Of a stretch of DNA of 64,000 bases, positions 24,137 to 32,500 are shown piece by piece. The first letter of the stretch is position 1. Every line of letters starts with the position of its first letter. This DNA comes from a virus (Duplodnaviria; Caudoviricetes), in IMG/VR virus record IMGVR_UViG_3300002220_000406, positions 869-64,868 of that record; one strand, 5' to 3'. The notes under the pieces are model-generated. The model was not told the origin of the DNA and ran no database searches. It saw only the letters and a list, made by a program, of their open reading frames with translations. A program made the translations under genes and the position numbers.

Positions 24137-24669
24137 TTTATTCTTAAGCGAAGCTCTGGCGTGGCTAGTGAAGCGTAACGCTCAATATCTTCGTCTCCCT
24201 CCTCCAATCGTTCTCGTATAGCTACTAAATCTGGCTCGAATTTAACCCTTCGCAAACCTTCTGGCAAATCCACAGGGAAGTCTTCGTAATATTGGTTCAA
24301 AATCACCTTTGGCTTACCACCCGGCTTTTGCATCTTAAAGGTGAACAGGTCGGTTTTGAGACTGTCGATGCCGTGAACCTTGAAGAACGAATCCAGCCGA
24401 GACTCAAGACGCTCTGCTGCAGCTTTTTTGATCCTCTGCCGCTCTTTAAGTCTATTAACTTCGTCCTTAATGGCCTTAGCGTCCGCTTTCATGGACGCTA
24501 TTAGTCTGGCGTAGGCATCTAGCTTGGCGTTTCGTTCTTGACCCAGCTCTTTGAGCCACTTGTCTATGGCAGTCTCAGCCTCGTCACCCTCAATTTCGCC
24601 TTCAGCGTCCGTTAACAGGTCAGCCAAGGCATACAGGTCGTCTGAAATATCAAATAAACTTCTACTCAC
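24133..24669 (-). CDS. Gp157/Mu Gam-like host-nuclease inhibitor family protein
   Basis: SLFDISDDLYAL...KLDAYARLI...IKDEVNRLKERQ...KTDLFTF...LRIK pattern. Confidence 0.75.
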   Translation of the reverse strand: MSRSLFDISDDLYALADLLTDAEGEIEGDEAETAIDKWLKELGQERNAKLDAYARLIASMKADAKAIKDEVNRLKERQRIKKAAAERLESRLDSFFKVHGIDSLKTDLFTFKMQKPGGKPKVILNQYYEDFPVDLPEGLRRVKFEPDLVAIRERLEEGDEDIERYASLATPELRLRIK

Positions 24670-25054
24670 TGATCACACCTCCTCCAAGTCTTCGACAGGT
24701 TATCTTTGCGGCATTGCCCGAATAGCCCTCAAACTTAGCCCAAGTGCTAGGATCGTCTCTTGTCCAGATAACCTCGCCTTTTGTGTTCATTGTGAAAGCC
24801 CTGACCAGCTGGTAGGTCGAATCCGCACAATCAACATTGAACATAAACACCAAGGTGCGTCCGGGCAGCCTTGTGTAGATTGGCATTATAAGCAGCCAAT
24901 CAGCTGGAGGCTTGGGTCTGACCACCGTGTCGGTGTCCAGAAACCACGAGTCCCCGTCCTTGTCCTTGCCTACATAGTAGGTCGTGTCGGGTTTTTGTGC
25001 GTAGAAAACGCCAGAAAGTACACATATCGTTGTCAATGTGAGTAATTTATTCAT
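24662..25054 (-). CDS. exported protein with signal peptide (surface-adhesin E-like beta fold?)
   Basis: MNKLLTLTTICVLSGVFYA|Q; WFLD..TV, VDC and terminal C pair. Confidence 0.6.
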   Translation of the reverse strand: MNKLLTLTTICVLSGVFYAQKPDTTYYVGKDKDGDSWFLDTDTVVRPKPPADWLLIMPIYTRLPGRTLVFMFNVDCADSTYQLVRAFTMNTKGEVIWTRDDPSTWAKFEGYSGNAAKITCRRLGGGVISE

Positions 25055-25163
25055 TTTTCTTCCCCCTTCTTGGTCTGCGACTCCTCAAAAAATTCTCGAG
25101 AGTGTCTGGATAATTGTCGTGATCACGCTGAGTGATCGGTTTCTTAGGTCTAAAGTTTGCCAT
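25047..25163 (-). CDS. 38-aa basic peptide (not in the ORF track)
   Basis: GAGGAGG RBS; MANFRPKKPITQRDHDNYPDTLENFLRSRRPRRGKKNE; ATGA-type overlap with the next gene. Confidence 0.55.
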   Translation of the reverse strand: MANFRPKKPITQRDHDNYPDTLENFLRSRRPRRGKKNE

Positions 25164-25214
25164 ATCCTCCTCCAGTCTGACGGTGGTTTGCCACACTTCA
25201 TATATTAAATCAAT

Positions 25215-25253
25215 AGTGGGGCTGGTCTATCAGCACGAACAACCAGCCCCACT
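25215..25253 (-). terminator. hairpin / terminator after the SSB-like gene
   Basis: Perfect 12-bp stem AGTGGGGCTGGT / ACCAGCCCCACT with a 15-nt loop, then an AT-rich run. Confidence 0.6.
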
Positions 25254-25259
25254 TCTTGA

Positions 25260-25949
25260 CTAGAACGGCACTTCGTCATCATCCATTGGCTCGGGAGCCT
25301 TGGCCGGGGCCGGGGCATCCTTGCCTTTGACATACTCGTACAGTTCAGCCTTGAACTCGGCCGCCTTGTTCATAGTATCCTCGCTGACCTCTCTGGAGAC
25401 AAAGTTCGGCGCAAAGAAGTTGCCATTGGGCGTGGAGACAGACTTGCCGCCATCGCAAAGGACTCCCTTTGGGCGACCCGGTGTCGAATTTGTGAACTCG
25501 ATCCAGCCCCCAACCGCCATGCCGGTCAGCTCCATCTTGCCAAACTTGACCTCTCCGTCCCAGAACGCGCAGTAGATCACCTTGCAGTACTTCTGACCGT
25601 ACTCCGTCTTCTGCTTCTTCCTCTTGACTTCGGGCGAGTCGGTCTCCTTGGCCGGTCGGATCTCGTCCCAGAAACCTTGGAGAATAGTCTTCTCGACCTT
25701 TTCCCCGTCCTCAAGGCCGTACACCTTAACGACAAGCTCCTCAAGCCTTAGGTCTTGAATCTCGTTGGAGTAGATCGGCTTTTTGTCCGGGGTAACTCCT
25801 CTCACCGAAATAAACTCCTCCAGAACCACGAAGGGCACCTTGTCGCCAAGAATTTTGCTTTCTTTCTCCACGCGGTCATAGGCCTCGAACACGCCGTTCT
25901 TGGCTTTCCACCGCAACAAATAGCGTGCTGGGTCTTTAGTATCTTTCAT
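25260..25949 (-). CDS. single-stranded DNA-binding / recombination protein
   Basis: 229 aa, aromatic/beta-rich, acidic C-terminal tail ending DDDEVPF; AAGGAG RBS. Confidence 0.65.
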   Translation of the reverse strand: MKDTKDPARYLLRWKAKNGVFEAYDRVEKESKILGDKVPFVVLEEFISVRGVTPDKKPIYSNEIQDLRLEELVVKVYGLEDGEKVEKTILQGFWDEIRPAKETDSPEVKRKKQKTEYGQKYCKVIYCAFWDGEVKFGKMELTGMAVGGWIEFTNSTPGRPKGVLCDGGKSVSTPNGNFFAPNFVSREVSEDTMNKAAEFKAELYEYVKGKDAPAPAKAPEPMDDDEVPF

Positions 25950-26002
25950 TGTTTTCTCCTTGTGTTATTACGAAACGCTCGTAAGCGTGCTTTGCGAAAT
26001 AT

Positions 26003-26224
26003 TTAAACGGCGGATTCTTGTGCCTTTGGTATATCCGGTACGGATTTAGCTGCCAGGCGCTTTTCACGCCCCTCAGCAAGTATCCGATCACGGTTTTTTT
26101 GGTACCATTTGCGCCAAATCTGCTTGTTAGTGGCGTAGTAGGCTCGTTGCCGCTTACTACGCTTAGCCTTAAGTTTACTGACATTTATCTTGCTTCTCCT
26201 TCTCATTGGCTTTTGCCTCCTCAA
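26003..26224 (-). CDS. basic hypothetical protein (RAYY..NK..W..NRDRIL motif); frame and start uncertain
   Basis: K/R-rich motif seen in phage proteins; a competing ORF exists at 25936-26184. Confidence 0.35.
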   Translation of the reverse strand: MRRQKPMRRRSKINVSKLKAKRSKRQRAYYATNKQIWRKWYQKNRDRILAEGREKRLAAKSVPDIPKAQESAV

Positions 26225-26366
26225 CCAAGTACCGAGTGAACCACACAGCCAGACTGTTAAGGTCTGACTGCGTGCGGTTCCTCACGATCTTTGACGGCCG
26301 GGATAATAGTATCCTACGAGCCTTGCGGAGGGTCATGACAAAAAACTCTTTAGAGTCGATTACCAT
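26175..26366 (-). CDS. hypothetical protein (63 aa)
   Basis: GGAGG RBS; packed. Confidence 0.55.
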   Translation of the reverse strand: MVIDSKEFFVMTLRKARRILLSRPSKIVRNRTQSDLNSLAVWFTRYLVEEAKANEKEKQDKCQ

Positions 26367-26566
26367 TCAACCTCCTCCTTCAATCTGGGGTACTTCATCT
26401 CTGCGTCCAGCAGACCGTGACCGTAAAGCCGTACCCAATCCATTGCGTCTTGCATGTGAGCTTGAGCCTCATCGAATGAGATTTTGCCGAGGGCTACCTC
26501 TTGCATTGCCATCCACACACACAATTCAAACTTCTGCTTGTCTTCTTGATTTGGATTGTTAACCAT
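26360..26566 (-). CDS. hypothetical protein (68 aa)
   Basis: GGGAGG RBS; packed. Confidence 0.6.
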   Translation of the reverse strand: MVNNPNQEDKQKFELCVWMAMQEVALGKISFDEAQAHMQDAMDWVRLYGHGLLDAEMKYPRLKEEVEW

Positions 26567-26756
26567 TTTTGGCCTCCCTTGCCATCTCCTGTATCTGTTC
26601 TGCGTACCGGGTTTGGACCTCGTCCAGTTCGGCCTCTGTGCACCACCTGTTTTCTACGAAGAAAAAGGCCTTTTCGATCCCGGCATTCGCCATGTCGGGG
26701 TAATCGTCATCCACACCTTGCAGCGTGATGTCCGTCAAGTCACTCCATCTAATCAT
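26559..26756 (-). CDS. acidic hypothetical protein (65 aa)
   Basis: GGAG RBS; DIT..GVD..DYPD..NA.I..A motif. Confidence 0.65.
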   Translation of the reverse strand: MIRWSDLTDITLQGVDDDYPDMANAGIEKAFFFVENRWCTEAELDEVQTRYAEQIQEMAREAKNG

Positions 26757-27016
26757 GATCTATCTCCAATGATTTTGATTATAGCGTTGTACATTTCTTC
26801 ATGCCCCGAGAACTCGATCTTCTCGTGGCAGGGCTGGCAGAGCAACGCAACTTCCCTCCAGTCCTCTTCTGTTTGCAAGAACCGGCGCTTCTTTGAGTGG
26901 GCAAAGGACAGGGCAAAGGTTCCGTAGCAGACCTCGCATCTGGTCACGCCCATAGACTCGAACTTCTTTTTCAGTTCAGCCCGGACAGCGTTCCATTTAT
27001 TCGTTTTTTTACCCAT
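26753..27016 (-). CDS. small HNH/NinG-like zinc-binding protein
   Basis: RCEVC...FAHSKKRR...LLCQPCHEKI. Confidence 0.7.
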   Translation of the reverse strand: MGKKTNKWNAVRAELKKKFESMGVTRCEVCYGTFALSFAHSKKRRFLQTEEDWREVALLCQPCHEKIEFSGHEEMYNAIIKIIGDRS

Positions 27017-27088
27017 TGCCTAACCTCGTTATCAGCACCTGTTTTACAGGTTAACAGAAAAAATTTTAAATGCAAGAGCTTTTTTCCC

Positions 27089-27117
27089 TTGCAGTCAAAA
27101 CGCCCGATTGGTATAGT
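27089..27117 (+). promoter_or_regulatory. rightward sigma70 promoter of the accessory operon
   Basis: TTGCAG, 17 bp, TATAGT with extended TG, in the divergent intergenic gap. Confidence 0.7.
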
Positions 27118-27242
27118 AGTACTGTTCTTTTCGCTCTTGGAAAGCGCTATGCCATTGAGTTAGCGCAAGGTAATTTCAGTTGTATAAGTTGGTACTGTTT
27201 TTTGGATGTGGGACCGTCGGACTCCGGCGGTCCTTTACAAAA

Positions 27243-27656
27243 ATGAAAATCATCACCCACAACGATTTTCCACCCTTTCTCAGATTCTTGCTACCCCAGA
27301 TTCAATCAATGCTGGAGTTTTTACCGGCATGGGTTCAGACGGTACATCTAAGATATGAAAGAAGCGAGGAAGACATGGCCTCGGTGGAGGTTCAGTACGA
27401 GTACAGAACAATCACACTCAATATCCACCCATTGATCATTGAGGAAGATGAGGATTGGAAGGGCACTATCTTGCACGAGCTGGGCCATTGCATACTTGCG
27501 CCCTATACCCAGCTGGCTACTCGGATTGTAGCTAAGGCTGTAAATGAAGCAAGCAGAGAGTTTATACTGGCTGAACTGGAAATGGCCGAAGAGGCCGTGA
27601 CCGAGGATTTGACAGCATTTCTTGAAAAGGTAAAGGAGAGAGGTAATGACATTTGA
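27243..27656 (+). CDS. zincin-like metallopeptidase
   Basis: TILHELGHC (HExxH) with downstream EE; start placed at ATG 27243. Confidence 0.7.
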   Translation: MKIITHNDFPPFLRFLLPQIQSMLEFLPAWVQTVHLRYERSEEDMASVEVQYEYRTITLNIHPLIIEEDEDWKGTILHELGHCILAPYTQLATRIVAKAVNEASREFILAELEMAEEAVTEDLTAFLEKVKERGNDI

Positions 27657-28056
27657 GGAAAAAACCGATGCGTTGGCAAAGATGAATCCAAACGCACTCT
27701 TGCCCGATGGTTGCGACGGAGGGCTGGTGGGGTATGTGACTGCGGGAGACGGGTTTACTGTTGCGGTTTATTCCGCGCAAGACACGATCCATTCCCTCAG
27801 CGAGACGTTTGAAGAGGATGAGGAAGGCCACGCATTTGAGAGCGCGCTAGAGTGGTTTGAATACAACACCCTTGGCAGCATTGTCCCGAATGGCCCTGTA
27901 TATGTCGAGGACCTTGGCGATGACGATGACGAGGATGCTTTTACATGGCAGCTCATGACATTGCCCTATGACGGCGAGTCATTCCGCCCCTTTGAAGATC
28001 TGACATTTAATTTTTTCAATGAACAAGACAGAACAAAAGTCGCCCTTGCTGATTAA
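27646..28056 (+). CDS. acidic conserved phage hypothetical protein
   Basis: LPDGCDGGLVG...AVYS...ALEWFEYNTLG motif; GAGAGG RBS. Confidence 0.7.
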   Translation: MTFEEKTDALAKMNPNALLPDGCDGGLVGYVTAGDGFTVAVYSAQDTIHSLSETFEEDEEGHAFESALEWFEYNTLGSIVPNGPVYVEDLGDDDDEDAFTWQLMTLPYDGESFRPFEDLTFNFFNEQDRTKVALAD

Positions 28057-28249
28057 CACCTTGAAAGCGGAGTACCGCAAAGGGGCTATGAGAATGGTTT
28101 ATGTCGGCCCTCGGCCATCACTGATGGGGGAAGAGGGTTATTCTTGGCGATCAACCTTGTATGGTCGCCTTCTTTTTTGGCCTATGACCCGGCTTTTCTC
28201 AGACGAAAACATTTACCTGGTTGAGCCCGATTCGCTCGAACATTTATGA
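28019..28249 (+). CDS. hypothetical protein
   Basis: ORF bridging its neighbours. Confidence 0.5.
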   Translation: MNKTEQKSPLLINTLKAEYRKGAMRMVYVGPRPSLMGEEGYSWRSTLYGRLLFWPMTRLFSDENIYLVEPDSLEHL

Positions 28250-29247
28250 AAAAGACACGCCCAAGAAGGCTCGCGGAGGAGGTTCGCGAGAAAGTCATTC
28301 TCCTGCATCAGCAGGGCATGCTGCAGAAGGATATAGCAGTAGAGGTCGGGATTGCGCCCTCGAGCGTCTGTAGAGTATTGGCCGCCGCAAACCCTCACAT
28401 CGAGGCTCTGATATCCAAAGATTTTGAGATCGTGCCTAGATCAGCGCCATCTCCGGCAATATCATTGCCACCAATGCCAAAGCTCTCCAATCGCACCGAG
28501 AGGTGGTTAATACTGCCCGACATGCAGATCCCTTACCACGATGAGCGGTCTATCAAGGCCGTTCTTTCGTATGCCCGTACCGTCAAATGGGACGGGTGCA
28601 TCCAGCTTGGAGACTTTATGGATTGGGATTGGATCAGCAAGTGGACGAAGGACAACCAGAGAAAGGTTGAGGGCACTCGCTTCCTGAGCGAATACGCCAC
28701 GGCTAACGCCGTTTTGACGGAGATTCAGGAGGCAGTCAGGGCTCTTAACCCTAAATGCCAGATCACCATTCTCGAAGGCAACCATGACTGGCGCGTTGAG
28801 AATGTCGTGGACAAGACCCCGGCGCTAGAAGGTCTTATCGAGATGGAAAGAGGCCTGGAGCTGAAGGATCGCAAGATCACCTATTGGCGTTACTGGTCTC
28901 ACCGCAGACCCTACATCATAGGCAATGCTTGGTTCATCCACGGGGAGTATATCGGCAACAATCACGCCAAGAAGACGGCTGACAGCTTTCACAGGAACGT
29001 TTTCTACGGGCACACCCATGACAGAATGAGCGCGACCAAAACCACCGCTTTTGGTGACTCGGTGCAGTGCGAGTCAATGGGCACGCTAAGCCGTTTCGAT
29101 CTTGAGTATATGGGGCATAAGCCGTCTAACTGGATGCAATGCTTTGGGGAGTTCTTCTTCAGGCCCGACGGAAACTTCAATCACTACGTGACCAATGTCA
29201 TCGACCACGGGTTTACAGCAATAGACGGGCAGTATTACAAGGGGTAA
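28246..29247 (+). CDS. HTH-fused calcineurin-like metallophosphoesterase
   Basis: N-terminal HTH (QKDIAVEVGIAPSSVCRVL); motifs PDMQ, LGDFMD, EGNHD, IHG, GHTH. Confidence 0.88.
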   Translation: MKKTRPRRLAEEVREKVILLHQQGMLQKDIAVEVGIAPSSVCRVLAAANPHIEALISKDFEIVPRSAPSPAISLPPMPKLSNRTERWLILPDMQIPYHDERSIKAVLSYARTVKWDGCIQLGDFMDWDWISKWTKDNQRKVEGTRFLSEYATANAVLTEIQEAVRALNPKCQITILEGNHDWRVENVVDKTPALEGLIEMERGLELKDRKITYWRYWSHRRPYIIGNAWFIHGEYIGNNHAKKTADSFHRNVFYGHTHDRMSATKTTAFGDSVQCESMGTLSRFDLEYMGHKPSNWMQCFGEFFFRPDGNFNHYVTNVIDHGFTAIDGQYYKG

Positions 29248-29248
29248 C

Positions 29249-29542
29249 ATGGACGATCTGCAAGCGCTATTCGGGGAGGTAACGCAACTTCTTACCAAGG
29301 ATCGTCAGTCCAGCTACGGCGATCCGGGTGAGATGTGGGAAAGAAATGCTGTCTTGATGGGGCTTGTGGCTCAGAAAAGCCTCACCCCTGAGCAAGCGCT
29401 GCTTAACATTATAGCGGTCAAATTTGCCCGCCTTTGCCACAACCCCTCCCACCAAGACTCCATCAAGGACGCGATAGCGTACCTCGCGATCCTTTATCTC
29501 CGGACTAATCCGGAAGCTCCTTGTTCGCAAGAATCTCCATAA
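29249..29542 (+). CDS. DUF6378-like nucleotide-metabolism-associated protein
   Basis: DRQSSYGDP...VKFARL...H.DSIKDAIAYLA signature. Confidence 0.7.
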   Translation: MDDLQALFGEVTQLLTKDRQSSYGDPGEMWERNAVLMGLVAQKSLTPEQALLNIIAVKFARLCHNPSHQDSIKDAIAYLAILYLRTNPEAPCSQESP

Positions 29543-32500
29543 TCAGAGCCCTTTCCCTTGGACTGGCCTTTCTCATGAGCTCTTTGATCTTCTTGACGTG
29601 ATCCTTGTCTTTCAAAGACACCCTGTATTTGATTATCTCTTCGAGGTAAGTCAGCTTAAGGTCTGATTTCAGCCTCTTGCCTTGCTGTTCGGACAGTGTG
29701 CCCTTGGATACATGATACTCGACCAGCACCTCTGCCCGTGCTTCGTTGATATCGCCACGCCTTAAAGCCTGTTTGATCTCGCTCCTGACCCTCGCAGCTT
29801 CAACCTTGTCTTGATCCTTAAGGGGGGTCGTGAAGTTTGCCGGGAACATTTGCTGCGCAAGCGCCTCGGCGGTCGTGGGCTTGGGTCTCGTGAACATCTG
29901 ATGGATGTAGTTGAACCCGAAGAACCTCATGTACGGCTTTTGCTCGGTGACCGGCTTCAGTGTGACCGGGTCGATCAGCGGGGGAGCTTGGTACAAAACA
30001 CCCAGTCCCGGGACTGACTTGGCGATTTCTCCGATAAACTCCGAGGCGGCGCTATCTTTGTAGTTTCTGAGCTTGGCCTCTTCTTCGTAGAAGGTCGAGA
30101 CCAGTCTTTTAGCTGGGGTCAATACCCTTAACATACCACCCATAACGCTGCCCATCATCTTGGCACTGGCCTTCCAAAGCGCCTCGTCGGCATCCGGTTT
30201 TTCAGCCCTGTTGAACGCCGCGTCGTAGGCCGCCTTAACAGCCTCTACACCGGCAGACCTTGCGTAGTAATCGTACTCGATACTGGCAAAAGCTTGTATA
30301 GCCTCGTCAAGGCCCATGATTGGCTTGCCGGCTATGGCAAGTCGAATGTTGTGCGCAATGAAGAAGGATACGGACATTGGATACCACCTACGCACGTCTA
30401 TTGGAGCTTCGTCCTTGCCATTGACGTAGAGCGTGTACCACTCTTCATCATCGCCCTCGAACTCCGCAAGCATTGCCGCTGCAAGCAATACGCTTGACCA
30501 TGCGGCTACGCCTTGGGCCAGTGATGTGGATTTGTATCCCTTTCCGCCCAGCCTTTCCAAATCCAATGCGCCCGCGAGGAAGCCATTGGCAATGATTTTT
30601 GTTGTGGTATACGTAAAGCGCAGGTAAACCACCGGGTTGAGAAACACCGGCACGTACTTGTCGATCTGGTCGTACAAGGCCTTTGCCCATTGACCAGCTT
30701 TGTCGTCAACCGGCAGCGCAAATGTGGCCCTAAGCGCTCGTGTGACGGCCTCACGCACTTCTTCTTCAGTGAACAGCTCCGCAGTGCGTTGCTCGTCTAC
30801 AGCCTCTTTAAGTGTCGTGCCTTTCATTCTGGCGAACTGATCCAGCGTTGCCATCACAATCGCGGTTCTCATCTGAATCTCCTGCTCTCGTGCAAACGAG
30901 ATCTTTGCAAGAAACTCGGTCACCTTTGGCAGCTTGTCGGCGTATTTGTGCGCCTTGGCCATCAGGCCTTTCTTGCCTTCGCTTTCCGTCTCTTCGATGG
31001 GAATGTCAGCGATAATGCCCAGCTCCAGCCTGTGCCATTCTTCGGGGAACTCCGCAACTATACCCTCTGCAACTTGACGGTTGTTGGCCATCAAATAGCC
31101 ATAAGCCAGCCATGCAGTCTTTAAATTAACGTTGGGTGAGACTTCATCTGCGAACATTCCATATTTACCCCCGATAGTCCTGATAGCGGTGGCAACCACG
31201 TCGGTAAATCCCTGAATGCCGACCATCGAGAAGCCTTGGATAAAGTTAAACAGCTGCGTTATCCAGTTGAACACGAATGTTCCTCTCAAGAACGCATTGA
31301 ACTTGCCTATCAAGGTCGTTGGCTTTCTTGCGCTGCGAAGCATCTGGTTAAGTCGGGTCTGCTCCCTGCGCAGCGCAATTTTGTCCGCCTTGAGTTTTTC
31401 TAGGTCCTCCTTGTTCTTGCCTTGGGCCTCTGCCTTGGCCAATGCTCTGTCCTGGACAATCTCGTCCACGACCAACTTGGCCTCTCTGGCCTTGTTTCTG
31501 GCAGCCTCCAGGCCTATGCCAAACTGCTTGTCGATGTCTTTGAGCAAGGTGGTAATAGTCACAGCCTCTCCACCCGGCCTCATGGCCTCCAGCAGTTTGT
31601 TGGCGATGTACTGCACCACAATGTCGTCAGTCTTCTCAGCGATCTCGTCGAGCTGCTCAACCTTTCGGTCATGCTCTTCAACTATACGCTTGAGCTCACG
31701 GTTGCGCTTGGCTTTCTCTTTGGACTGCTCCTTCTTCGTGCGCATTTGAATGTCGGCACTGACCTCAGGCGCGGGGTCGCCCTCTTTCTTGAACTTCTCG
31801 ATCAGCTCGTTGCGTTTCACGACGTCCAGAAGGCGTTTAGCCTCGATTATCTTGCGTGCCGCCTCTACTTCGGGCAGACCATATTCGTCGGCGACCCTTT
31901 CAGCGAGGTTGGCAAGGTCTTGATCCGGAGCAACCGCAAGCACTTTCGCTATGTCGCTGGCCGTGGCATCAGCATTAAGCTCGTCAATCGCAGCGCTGGA
32001 GCCTGTACGCCGAGTCGCCTGAGACGCAAGCTTCTTAAGTGTGGCTCTACCCGCAGTCCTGCGTTGGCGTTCGTCTCTTCTGCGTTGTATCTCTTCGTCT
32101 GCCGCTGTCTCTGGATCAGCCTCATCGGCAAACTGCTCGATAAGATTCTCCCTCACGGCCTGTTCCCTGGCCTCTGCCAACGTCTCAAAGCCAAGGTTCA
32201 CGATATCGTCGATGAACTGTTCAACGCTAGGCCCGAACATTTCAGCGATCTGAGCAGCGAACTTGTCCGCATCGTAGTCCGGATCTTGATCAAATCCGTC
32301 CTGCATAAGCTTCGCGGCAACCTGTCCAAAGGCCTGCCGACGTGCCGGGGGCACGTACGCATCATTGGCCAAAGCGCCAAGTGGGCTATCCTGAGATGGG
32401 TTGCTAAGAAAGTCTCGGACCTCTTGTATGCTGTCGGCAAATCCCTGGGCCAGGTTTCTGTCCAGTCTCTGCCTGATGGTAAGCGATGTCTTTTTGACAG

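Noticed and set aside
25936-26184. Alternative ORF MSVNLRLSVV... overlapping 26003-26224
   Set aside because: It has a plausible RBS but no recognisable protein pattern; which frame is real cannot be decided from sequence alone.
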